Under the pieces are notes generated by a model. It was not told the origin of the DNA and made no database searches. It saw nothing but the letters and a program-made list of their open reading frames with translations. Positions 30,945 to 39,941 of a DNA stretch of 64,000 nucleotides are shown in pieces. Numbering within the stretch: the first letter of the stretch is position 1; the number at the start of each line of letters is the position of its first letter. Both the position numbers and the translations under genes were made by a program. Source of the stretch: an uncultured Bacillota bacterium (GTDB lineage: Bacteria > Sysuimicrobiota > Sysuimicrobiia > Sysuimicrobiales > Segetimicrobiaceae); the NCBI GenBank assembly GCA_963804645.1, contig CAWDRG010000022.1:1-64000 (forward strand), given 5' to 3'.

Positions 30945-32132
30945 ATGTTCGATCCGCGTGATCTGGCAACTTTGTTCGAACGGGCCCCTCGTGACGTGCT
31001 GTCAATCATTCTGGACGTCGACCCAACCAAACCAGAGAACCAAACCACCAACCCGGCGTACCGCATCTGGGCACACTCGGCCTGCTCACGATTGCACGAG
31101 ACGCTTCCGGAGGCCGCGCGGGGCAGCGCGGACGAGAGTGTCCGCCGAGTCCTGGCGTACCTCTCCTCCGGACCGCGCCACGGCCGCGGACTCGCCATCT
31201 ATGCCGCGACGGATCTGTGGCAGTCCTTCGAGCTCCCCGCGTCCGTTCCGAACCGGATCGCCCACGGCCGTGCGGATCTGCTGCCGGTCCTGTGGGCCGG
31301 CCGCATGTACCAACCGTACCTGGTCGTCATCGTCGACCGCAAGCACGCGCAGATCGCGGTCGTCGACGGCGACGCGGTCCGTACGGTGGCCGAGGCCGCG
31401 CTGGAACTGAACACCGCGCGGTGGCGATTCGAGGGTGAGCGGCCAGCCGAGACCACCCGCCAGACCGGGGTGCGCGGGGAACGGGCCATGGGCGAGGCGG
31501 ACTCGTTCGACGCGAAGATCGACGCGCGCGTGCATGAATTCTGGCAGGAGACTGCGCGGCGGCTCGGGCCCATCGCGACCGCGGAACACGCGGATCTCGT
31601 GGTCATCAGCGCGCTCGCGCAGGCGGGTGGTATCGTCCGCGAACACCTCGCCGCCCCGCTGCGCGCCGGCGTCGTTGGCATCGAACCGCTCTATGACCAC
31701 GTGTCGCTGCACGACGTGCGCGACCGCACGCTCCCACACGTGCTCGCGAAGCGGCGCGCGATGCAGGCCGACGACGTCGTGGCCGCGGTCAACGGCGCGG
31801 CGTCGGCGCGCGGCCTCAGCGGCCGCGAGCGGACGCTCGCCGCGCTGCTCGAAGGCGAGGTGCGTGTCCTGCTCGCCGCGCGCGACCTGGAGGGCGATGT
31901 GCGGGAGTGCGGGCGCTGCGGCTACACCACCGCGGAGGCCCCGACGCTGTGCCCGGCGTGCGGAAACGTGATGACCGTGGAACCGATCAGGCAGGTGCTG
32001 CCGATGGTGGCGCGGGCCCACGGCGCCGAACTGCGCGTGCTCGACCCCGACATCGGCTCACGCCTCCCCGAGGAGGTCGGAGCGCTCACCCGGTTCGTCG
32101 TGGCCGCCCCCGGGAGGCCGCCGGCCGAGTAG
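30945..32132 (+). CDS. Bacterial archaeo-eukaryotic release factor (baeRF/eRF1-like) protein with C-terminal Zn ribbon
   Basis: LSIILDVDP N-terminus, GLAIYA, VVIVDRKHA core, G..TLAAL.EG.V..LL, CGRC...CPACG, GALTRF; no GGQ. Confidence 0.8.
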   Translation: MFDPRDLATLFERAPRDVLSIILDVDPTKPENQTTNPAYRIWAHSACSRLHETLPEAARGSADESVRRVLAYLSSGPRHGRGLAIYAATDLWQSFELPASVPNRIAHGRADLLPVLWAGRMYQPYLVVIVDRKHAQIAVVDGDAVRTVAEAALELNTARWRFEGERPAETTRQTGVRGERAMGEADSFDAKIDARVHEFWQETARRLGPIATAEHADLVVISALAQAGGIVREHLAAPLRAGVVGIEPLYDHVSLHDVRDRTLPHVLAKRRAMQADDVVAAVNGAASARGLSGRERTLAALLEGEVRVLLAARDLEGDVRECGRCGYTTAEAPTLCPACGNVMTVEPIRQVLPMVARAHGAELRVLDPDIGSRLPEEVGALTRFVVAAPGRPPAE

Positions 32133-32192
32133 GGCGCGGCTCGGCACGCACATCCGGCCGATCAACGTCCGGCGCGCGCCGTCGGCCGCCGA

Positions 32193-32210
32193 ATCAGGCC
32201 CCGGCCCGAT
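32193..32210 (+). promoter_or_regulatory. Operator box upstream of the CBS-ACT gene
   Basis: ATCAGGCCCCGGCCCGAT; TACGAT at 32233-32238 (22 nt). Confidence 0.7.
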
Positions 32211-32282
32211 GATACCTCGGGACCGGCTCGGCTACGATGAGAGGGAGAGAACAGTACGGGACGCGGCATCAGGGGGTGCGAC

Positions 32283-32882
32283 ATGCTCGTGCGAGATCGG
32301 ATGACCCAACCGGTGATCACGGTCGGCCCGCGGGCGAACGTCTCCGGCGCCCTGAAGCTGATGTTCCGCCGGAAGGTCTACCGCCTGCCGGTCCTCGACG
32401 AGCACGGACGGCTCGTCGGCATCGTGACCCGGGGCACCCTCCTGCAGCACGGCACCGAGGAAGCCGATCCGCTGGTCGAGGCGGTCATGACCCCGACGCC
32501 GTTCACGACGCACCCGCTCACTCCCATTGAGCACGCGGCCGTGCGGATGCGGGATCTTCGCGTCGGCGCGCTTCCCGTGCTCGACCAGGGCCGTCTGGTC
32601 GGCATCATCACCGAGAGCGACATCTTCGATGCCTTCCTGGAACTGCTGGGCGCGCGCAGTGATGCCAGAGTGACGATCGCGCTCACGGATATCGCCCAGC
32701 AGCTGCCTCGCCTGGTCACGGCGGCCGCATCCACGGGGGTGCGGATGCACGGGGTCACCGCCCTCTCCAACGGCGCCGGCTCGTTCGCGATCGTATCGAT
32801 CGACCACGCGGACCCCAACGCCCTGGTGCGCGCGCTGCACGAGGCCGGCTTCACATCCACGGAGGCGCACACGCGCGGCTGA
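32283..32882 (+). CDS. CBS-pair + ACT-like protein (AcuB-like)
   Basis: MLVRDRMT, LPV...LVGIVT, GALPV...LVGIITESDIF. Confidence 0.9.
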   Translation: MLVRDRMTQPVITVGPRANVSGALKLMFRRKVYRLPVLDEHGRLVGIVTRGTLLQHGTEEADPLVEAVMTPTPFTTHPLTPIEHAAVRMRDLRVGALPVLDQGRLVGIITESDIFDAFLELLGARSDARVTIALTDIAQQLPRLVTAAASTGVRMHGVTALSNGAGSFAIVSIDHADPNALVRALHEAGFTSTEAHTRG

Positions 32883-33615
32883 CGCGACGACTCACCCAGG
32901 GCCGCCGTGCGGTCGGGCGCACTACTCGCCGTCCGCCAGCACCACCGGCCCGCCCCCTTCGGCACTCTCGAGCATCGCCTCGCACGGGCGCAGCGCGCGC
33001 CAGCCGTCGTCCAGCGACAGGGCTGCCATATTGACTGCACGCCGTTTCTGATGGAGCCGGTCCGCGGTGTGACCGCGGCGGCCCCGACGCGGTCAATCCG
33101 GCGCGACCAGTTTGGGCTGTCGGTGCGGCTCGGCTTTGCCGCCGGTCCGACTGGGACGCTCTTGTTCGCGTCGCACGCGTCGGTCACGCGGGGAACGCAC
33201 GCGGCCGCACACACAACCCCTGCGCGCGCCACGCACAGACTCGCACGCCGCCGCGGCCTCAGTATAGGAGGGCCCAGGCGCCGACAACGTCAGGCGCTCA
33301 CTGTATCTGAGCTCCCGAGCACGAGCCGCAGGTTCGATCGGGCACGCACCCGATTGACCAGGTCGTCCATGAGGCGTATGTAGGTGATGGGGTGGACGAG
33401 TGTCCCGACGCCGTCGCACGTGTGCGCGGGGGTGGGTGGATTCTTGGGATGCGGCTGACGACGGGTCAGCCGGGTACCGGTTGCCCGCGGGCACGGCACG
33501 GTTGGGGCGCAGCCCTTGATCGTCGCAGTGTCGCTGCGGCGGAACCAGCGCGGAGGCGAACGTGACGTCAGCACGACAGCCGGCGGGCACGCGGCGACCG
33601 GCACAAGGAGGACGT

Positions 33616-34320
33616 ATGATGCGCGCGCGCGAGCTCATGAGTACCCCGGTGATCACGGTCTCGCCTGAGACCTCCCTCAAAGGTGTCGCCGAAAAGATGG
33701 CGGCCCACAACGTGAGTGGCGTGCCGGTGGTCGATCAGTCCGGCCGCCTCGTGGGGATTGTGTCCGAGTCGGACGTCCTGACGAAACTCGAGTATCAGGA
33801 GCCGCGGCGGGGTCTGGTCGGGCTGCTGGACAGCTTCGCGCACACCGTCGGGGCCGCGAAGAAGCTCGAAGCCCACACCGCGGCCGACCTGATGACCGGG
33901 CGTGTCATCAGCGCCGGGCCCGACGCATCGTTTCGAGAGATGCTGCACCTCATGATCAGCTACGACGTCAACCGCCTCCCGATCGTCGAGTCCAACCGGG
34001 TGATCGGCATCGTGACGCGCGCCGATCTTCTTCGGACCCTTGCCCGGCCCGACGCCGCAGTCACCGAGGACGCGCAGTGGAGATTGCTGCACGACCTGTG
34101 GATCGATCCGAGTGGGCTGACCGTGACCACACAGAAGGGCATCGTCACGATCACCGGCGAAGTCGGGACGCGCTCCGAAGCGGAGCTCGTGAAGCACTGG
34201 ATCGCACACATGGAAGGCGTGGTCGACGTCGACACGCGAGACCTTCGGTACCGGATTGACGACCGCGACGTACGACCGCCGACGGGCAGCGTCGAGGTAC
34301 CGCTGGGACGCCGCCGCTAA
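33616..34320 (+). CDS. CBS-pair + BON domain protein
   Basis: SGVPVVD..GRLVGIVSESD, RLPIV..GIVTRADLL, GIVTITGEV...GVVDV. Confidence 0.9.
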   Translation: MMRARELMSTPVITVSPETSLKGVAEKMAAHNVSGVPVVDQSGRLVGIVSESDVLTKLEYQEPRRGLVGLLDSFAHTVGAAKKLEAHTAADLMTGRVISAGPDASFREMLHLMISYDVNRLPIVESNRVIGIVTRADLLRTLARPDAAVTEDAQWRLLHDLWIDPSGLTVTTQKGIVTITGEVGTRSEAELVKHWIAHMEGVVDVDTRDLRYRIDDRDVRPPTGSVEVPLGRRR

Positions 34321-34445
34321 CGCTCCGGCGGCCGGGCGCCCGCTCCGGACGGCAGCGGGTCGTGCTATCGTAGAGTCGCGTGACGGCGCCCCGTGGCCGC
34401 CGGGGCGCCGTCGATCGCGCACCGCGTGTACGCCGGGCGGTGGAC

Positions 34446-34634
34446 CTACTGGTCGACCTGTGCGTCCGTCTCCCCGGCCGCTTTCAACAGCAGGCCCTTC
34501 GCACCCCGCAGATCCTTCGGATCCTTACTGCCCGTACGGCTTTGCGCACCCCGAAACGGGTGCTTCCCGCTCTCCACTTTGCGCGCCAGTCTGGACTTGA
34601 CGACTTTCTTGCTCGCCACCAGGCGCTTCTTCAT
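34446..34634 (-). CDS. Small Lys/Arg-rich hypothetical protein (62 aa)
   Basis: GGAGG 8 nt before ATG; MKKRLVASKKVVKSRLARK...; directly downstream of usp. Confidence 0.55.
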   Translation of the reverse strand: MKKRLVASKKVVKSRLARKVESGKHPFRGAQSRTGSKDPKDLRGAKGLLLKAAGETDAQVDQ

Positions 34635-34684
34635 CGTGGACGCCTCCAACGTAGCCGCGGTGCATCCGCGGCTGGCTGAATCGC

Positions 34685-35116
34685 TCAACGCACCACCAGT
34701 ACCGGTACCGATGAGCCGTGCAGGACCCGCTCGCTGACGCTTCCGAGGAACAGGCCGCCGATCTGGCCAAACCCCCGCGTGCCCATCACAATCACGTCCA
34801 CCTTGGCCTCTGCAGCCGCTCTGACGATCTCGGTGGCCGGATCGCCCATCCGGTACGACTCGGTCACCCGCACATCACCGCCAAACTGCTTACGCGTCTC
34901 GGCCAGAATCGTCGCGCCGGTGCGTTCGAGCGACGTCTCAAGGGCGCCCAGATCGATCATCGTACCGGCCGCGGGACCCGCGAGCGCCGCCGAGGGGATG
35001 TGCCCCACGGTCACCAACGTGACCTGCGCGCCCGGTAGCTCCCCCGCCAGCCGTGCCGCGAACGCTGCGGCGCGGATGGCATGCTCGGACCCGTCAGTCG
35101 CCACAAGAAAATGCAT
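34685..35116 (-). CDS. Universal stress protein
   Basis: LVATDGS, VIVMGTRG...LGSVSERVL...PVLVV. Confidence 0.95.
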   Translation of the reverse strand: MHFLVATDGSEHAIRAAAFAARLAGELPGAQVTLVTVGHIPSAALAGPAAGTMIDLGALETSLERTGATILAETRKQFGGDVRVTESYRMGDPATEIVRAAAEAKVDVIVMGTRGFGQIGGLFLGSVSERVLHGSSVPVLVVR

Positions 35117-35201
35117 GTCCCACCTCCCGATCGCGCGGCCGCCCTCGGCCGCATCGTGCTCTCGACTAAACTAAGGATACCACCCAACACGCCGGAGGAG
35201 G

Positions 35202-35317
35202 ATCGGTCGTGGGATCGATTTCCCCATCGGCGCCGGCTCGGAATGCCCCATGGACCAGTGCTCGCCTGTCGCCCGCCGTTCAGCCGCGGAGCGGCCAAGA
35301 TCGGTCCCCGGCCCGAT
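35202..35317. promoter_or_regulatory. Divergent operator boxes for usp (-) and gap (+)
   Basis: ATCGGTCGTGGGATCGAT (35202-35219) with TATCCT on - strand at 35174-35179; second box 35226-35243; perfect ATCGG-TCCCCGGC-CCGAT (35300-35317) with GATGAT at 35340-35345; 22-nt spacers. Confidence 0.7.
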
Positions 35318-35434
35318 TCATGCCCGTCCGCCCCGGCGGGATGATAAGTGCGGGCCACCTGCGGCCGACGGCCGTCAGCGCTGGCGGAAGCGGTACCGCT
35401 GCGGCGCGGTAGCTACGTTTGCGGAGGTGTTGTC

Positions 35435-36448
35435 ATGACGGTGCGGATCGGGATCAACGGATTTGGCCGGATCGGACGGCTCGCGCTACGGGCGCTGATG
35501 CGGCGGAGCGGCAGCGCGGCGCAGGTCGTCGCGATCAATGATGTCGTCGACGCGGCGACCAACGCCAGATTGTTCAAGTACGATACCACCTACGGCCCCT
35601 ACCCGGGAACCGTCGAGACGCAGAACGGCACGATCGTCATCGACGGCCACGCGATCCGGGTGTACAGCGAGCCGAGCCCCGCGTCGATCCCTTGGATCGA
35701 AGACGGCGTGGACCTGGTCCTGGAGTCCTCGGGCAAGTTCACCGACGCGACGCGCGCCGCGGGACACCTGGGGGCCGGGGCGACCACGGTGATCATCTCG
35801 GCGCCCGCGAAGCACGAGGACATCACGATCGTCATGGGCGTGAACGATCATCTCTACGACCCTCGGCACCACCACATCCTCTCGAACGCCTCGTGCACGA
35901 CGAACGGGCTGGCGCCGGTCGCGCTCGTGCTGCACGAGGCCTTCGGCATCGATCGGGGAATGCTGACGACGGTGCACGCGTACACCAACTCCCAGCGGCT
36001 GCTGGACGTCGCCGCGAAGGATCCGCGCGATGCGCGCGCGGCCGCCCTCAACATCGTCCCCTCGGAAACCGGCGCGGCGAGGGCACTTGGGCTCGTCATC
36101 CCGGAGCTGCAGGGCAAGTTCACCGGCATGGCGTTCCGCGTCCCGGTGGCCACCGTGTCCGCGATCGACTTCACCGCCCTGCTCAAGACTACGGTCGACG
36201 TGGCGCGGATCAACGGCACAATGCGGACATGGTCCGAGGAGCGGCTGCGCGGGATCCTCGGGTACACGGAGGAGCCCCTCGTGAGCAGCGACCTCCGGGG
36301 CAGCGAATACTCGGCGGTGTTCAGCGCGGCCGACACCCAAGTCGTCGGCGGCACGCTCGTCAAGGCCATCGCATGGTATGACAACGAGTGGGGCTACGCC
36401 TGCCGGCTGGCCGATCTCGCTCTGCTAGTCGCGGACCGCGCCGCCTGA
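35435..36448 (+). CDS. gap: Type I glyceraldehyde-3-phosphate dehydrogenase
   Basis: GINGFGRIGR, SNASCTTN, TVHAYT, RVP, WYDNEWGY. Confidence 0.97.
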   Translation: MTVRIGINGFGRIGRLALRALMRRSGSAAQVVAINDVVDAATNARLFKYDTTYGPYPGTVETQNGTIVIDGHAIRVYSEPSPASIPWIEDGVDLVLESSGKFTDATRAAGHLGAGATTVIISAPAKHEDITIVMGVNDHLYDPRHHHILSNASCTTNGLAPVALVLHEAFGIDRGMLTTVHAYTNSQRLLDVAAKDPRDARAAALNIVPSETGAARALGLVIPELQGKFTGMAFRVPVATVSAIDFTALLKTTVDVARINGTMRTWSEERLRGILGYTEEPLVSSDLRGSEYSAVFSAADTQVVGGTLVKAIAWYDNEWGYACRLADLALLVADRAA

Positions 36449-36569
36449 ACGCCCCGCCGCCATTCCGGGGCGCACGCCGTCGTCAGGCGTGCGCCCCACG
36501 CCGTGCACGTCAAGGACCGCACCGATGCAACATCGTCATTACGCTCCGGATTTGGCCGGTTTGTCCGGG

Positions 36570-36640
36570 TCCACGTCCCTCGAGTTCGTGGATGCGCGTC
36601 CGAAGACAGCCACGGGCAAGGTCCAGAAGTGCGTCCCGCG
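36570..36640 (+). pseudogene. C-terminal remnant of an AMP-binding enzyme
   Basis: SLEFVDARPKTATGKVQK, compare VEFADALPKTATGKIQK in the 39942-41564 ligase. Confidence 0.6.
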
Positions 36641-36802
36641 CGCCCCAAGCCGGCCGTCAGCGCCTGACTGTGCGGTGTCTCCCAACCGCGCGTCGCAGCG
36701 AACGAATTTGTCCTCGCCTCGAAAGGCGCGACGCCGATCAAACGCGACCGCGCAACTCAGGCCATGTCTGACCAGGGCGCACCCGCGCCGTCCGCCAGCG
36801 TC

Positions 36803-36980
36803 TCACCCGCGTGGCGCGGCGCGCAACCCCCGTGCCGCCTCAAGAAGCTCGGCGTCGGGCACAACCCGCTTTGTCGCAAGCGCCCGTTTGTTCACCCAGT
36901 CAACCAGTTGCAGAAGCGTTTCCTCGGGCACGTCGACTCCCAGCTCGGCGAGTTTGGCCTTGACGGCGACGGGCCCGCTT
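36803..36980 (-). pseudogene. C-terminal remnant of a homocitrate/isopropylmalate synthase-like protein
   Basis: Frame reads SGPVAVKAKLAELGVDVPEETLLQLVDWVNKRALATKRVVPDAELLEAARG...stop, with no start. Confidence 0.5.
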
Positions 36981-37083
36981 CCGCTCCAAGCCAGAAGGCT
37001 TCAAAGCCGCGCGCCGCGGCCCTCTCCGCCAGCGGCGCATAGTGCTCGAGCGGCTGCTCGAACACGGTCAACGAGAATCTCAT
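36981..37083 (-). pseudogene. N-terminal remnant of a luciferase-like (LLM) monooxygenase
   Basis: MRFSLTVFEQPLEHYAPLAERAAARGFEAFWLGAE, then abrupt loss of similarity. Confidence 0.6.
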
Positions 37084-37397
37084 TGTTCTGGAACTGAAGT
37101 GGGTCGATCATTGGCGGGACGTGGACGAGTGACCGCGGTCAGGTGCGGATGGCAATGGAGCCGAGCGGGTAGACGGCCATCGGGGCCCAGAATCGGAAGG
37201 ACACCGTCATGATGCGCGGCGTTGGGACCCGTGTGCCCGGGCCGGGATCCCTGGGTGCGCGGCCCCGCACGCATCGCTCGTCCGGTACGCACGGATGAGG
37301 AGTACGACGTGGGACACCCCCGTCATTGGCGCTCACAAGCACCATTATCAGAAGATTACGGACCTGCACCGCCGAAGTCCAATATATTAGTATCACC

Positions 37398-38302
37398 GGC
37401 CAATCGGTCAACCAGAACGCTTCGATGATCTTGCCGTTCGGCTTGGTCTGCCGATACTTCAGGACGCGTACCGTCTTCCACCGCAGCCCCACCCACGGAT
37501 CGAAATCGCTCGCATCCCACACCTCCAGCTGATCGCGACCGTCTGTGAACGTCGCGGTCGGCATGCGGCCCACAAACCGCGCCTGCGCCGCGGCATGGAG
37601 CTCCGGGAGATTGTCCTTTAAGCGCGCCACCACCCGCAGGCCGACGTCCCCCGCCGTATGCAGGAAGGGTGCCGTCGCGAATTTGCTGTCGCCCACGACA
37701 TAGTCGGCGAACCGCGGCCCCAACGCCGCCACCCCGCGCCGCAGCACGCGCTGCCCCGCCGCCGACTCACTGTCGCCCGGCCCGTAGAGCTCCAGGTCAC
37801 ACGGCAACGTCACGCCCGCATTCACGATGCTCAGCACGGCCATCTCATGCCGATACCCTAGCAGGGTGCCATCCTCTTTGCGCAACGGTCGACAGTACGG
37901 ACAGTCGGTACCCGGCTTGCTGAGACAGGTGGTCGCGGTGCCATCCACCGCGAGGCCAATCCACCCACTGCCCACCAAGGCTTTATTCCGCTTCGCGCGG
38001 CGTGCCACCGCGCTCAACGCCGCGCGCGTCGGCCCCGGATCCAACCGCGCGGTCACATATGCCAGCGTATCGTGACTGAACCGCCGGCCCACGCCCAGCG
38101 CCCGGGCCGCGCCCCGGACCAGGGCATCCACCCCCGCAAACGCGTCTTCCCGCAGAATGTGCCCGATCACCAGCCCCCACAAGATCGCCCGCGCCGGAAT
38201 TTGCGGCGCGGGCCGCTCATCCCCAGGCGCCGCGAAGTAGGTGGCCAAGCGTAAGCGCTGCACGACGTACTTCCACAGACGCCGCGGGGTCGGCCCTCTC
38301 AT
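37398..38302 (-). pseudogene. 3'-truncated DDE transposase (IS4-superfamily-like)
   Basis: LAVDGT, GDSE, VVGDSKF, VARLKDN, FWLTDW; breaks before the expected Y..RW.IE motif at an AT-rich junction; upstream ORF tail (...LLKLARQQQRRR) overlaps the ATG. Confidence 0.8.
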
Positions 38303-38450
38303 CGCCGCCGCTGCTGCTGACGCGCCAACTTCAACAACTGCGCGTTAGCGGCCAGCACGTCGCGGACCGCATCCTGCACCGCATGCCCCGCCTCCACCCG
38401 CGATGGCAAACAATAGCAAAAGCATATCATCGTGACGCCCCGGCGCGATG

Positions 38451-39902
38451 TCAGTCCGGCGCCGACGCGCCCGCCGCGCGGGCCGCGGCGCGCTTGAGCG
38501 GGGTGAGGTCGAAATCCATCAGGACGGTCAGCTTCTGCGTCTCGAGCGACCCCTCCGCGTGCAGAGCCAGCACCTCGAGGTATCCTCCCAAGTCCGACGC
38601 GACGAGATCTCGGATCAGATTGGTCACCCGCAGTCGGTCCTCCGAGCCAATCGACGCTCGACCGCCAAGGTAGGGTTCGAGCAACGCTCGCACATCAGGA
38701 TTGCTCCAGTCCTCCTCGGCCGGCCCCGTCACGATGAGGCCGCCCGCCAAGTCCTGGACGTCCCGCACCGCATCGTGGTAGCCGCGGGCGAACTGGTACT
38801 TCGCCGCGTTCGTCAGCACTGGGTTCGGCACGGCGATCTCCTCAGCCACGCGGCACTCCGCCGCTGCCGCCGTCGTGAGTCCGCGGCCGGTATGGAGGTA
38901 CATGATCAGACGCGCCAGCTTGTCCCGAACGTGCGCCGCGCCGAGGAGTCCATGATAGTCTGCAATCAACGCCGCGGCCCCGAGCAGAAGTTCCAGCAGC
39001 GGCGTCTTGTACGCCACGGCGGTGAACCGGTGGAACTCCACGAACGTCTTTGCCAGCGCCCCGGCCGTCCGCCACTCTCCGCAAAGAAACACCCGCTCCC
39101 ATGGAACGCACACGTCATCGAAGATGGTGAGTGACTCGGTGAGACTATACCGACTGCTCAGCGGATTGTCGAACGTGCTCGTCGCGCTGAACCCCCTGGG
39201 GCTCGCCACCATCGTCACTCCGGGCGCGTTCGCCGGCACTGCGAACGCCACGGCGTAGTCTGCATCCGCTTCGGTCATCGCCCGCGTCGGCAGGACGAGG
39301 ATCTCGTTGGCGAACACGGCGTTCGTGGTGTGCGCCTTCGCGCCGCGGACGATCATGCCGTGTGGCGTCTCCCGCACCCGATGCACGTAGACATCGGGGT
39401 GTGGCTGCTCCGCCGGCCGGCGACTGCGGTCCCCCTTGGCATCGGTCTGCGCGACGGCGATCGCTAGGTCCCCTTCCCGGCAGCGCGCATAGAACGCGCG
39501 CACCCGTTCCAGATACTCCGTGTTTGCGGTACGATCGAGCCCCGCCGTCACAATCATCAGCGCGAACAGCGCATCCGTGCCGATCTCTTTGATCAGCGGC
39601 ACGAACGACCACGCTTCCCGGGTGACGTGCTCGATCAGATCGCGGCGCCGCACCAGGTCCGCGGCCGTCCGCGGGATCGTAAAGTACCGGCTCGCAGGAA
39701 ACGCCGGGTCGGTATGATCCACCAGGAGCGGATCGTCCGGCCGGGCGTGCGCGAGCCGGAAATCGACCGCCACGTGACGCGCTCCGCGTCCGAGATGTGG
39801 GTGCGCGGTCACGTCATCAACCGCATGCCCGCGATAGATCACGCGCCGACTGTCGCGCAGGCTCGCCAGAAATTCCTCTTCCGCCCGTAATGTCATCGTC
39901 AC
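38451..39902 (-). CDS. HpaB / 4-hydroxybutyryl-CoA dehydratase family flavoprotein
   Basis: FLASLRD, AQTDAKGDRS, IVRGAKAHTT, FDDVCVPWERVFL, HAEGS. Confidence 0.88.
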   Translation of the reverse strand: MTMTLRAEEEFLASLRDSRRVIYRGHAVDDVTAHPHLGRGARHVAVDFRLAHARPDDPLLVDHTDPAFPASRYFTIPRTAADLVRRRDLIEHVTREAWSFVPLIKEIGTDALFALMIVTAGLDRTANTEYLERVRAFYARCREGDLAIAVAQTDAKGDRSRRPAEQPHPDVYVHRVRETPHGMIVRGAKAHTTNAVFANEILVLPTRAMTEADADYAVAFAVPANAPGVTMVASPRGFSATSTFDNPLSSRYSLTESLTIFDDVCVPWERVFLCGEWRTAGALAKTFVEFHRFTAVAYKTPLLELLLGAAALIADYHGLLGAAHVRDKLARLIMYLHTGRGLTTAAAAECRVAEEIAVPNPVLTNAAKYQFARGYHDAVRDVQDLAGGLIVTGPAEEDWSNPDVRALLEPYLGGRASIGSEDRLRVTNLIRDLVASDLGGYLEVLALHAEGSLETQKLTVLMDFDLTPLKRAAARAAGASAPD

Positions 39903-39941
39903 GCTCCGTCAGTCAGCCGCCCGCCGTTCGGGGCGCACCGG

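Noticed and set aside
37139..37215. MTVSFRFWAPMAVYPLG resembling a Cas5 or glycoside hydrolase N-terminus
   Set aside because: Too short, stops after ~23 codons; no cas genes or array nearby
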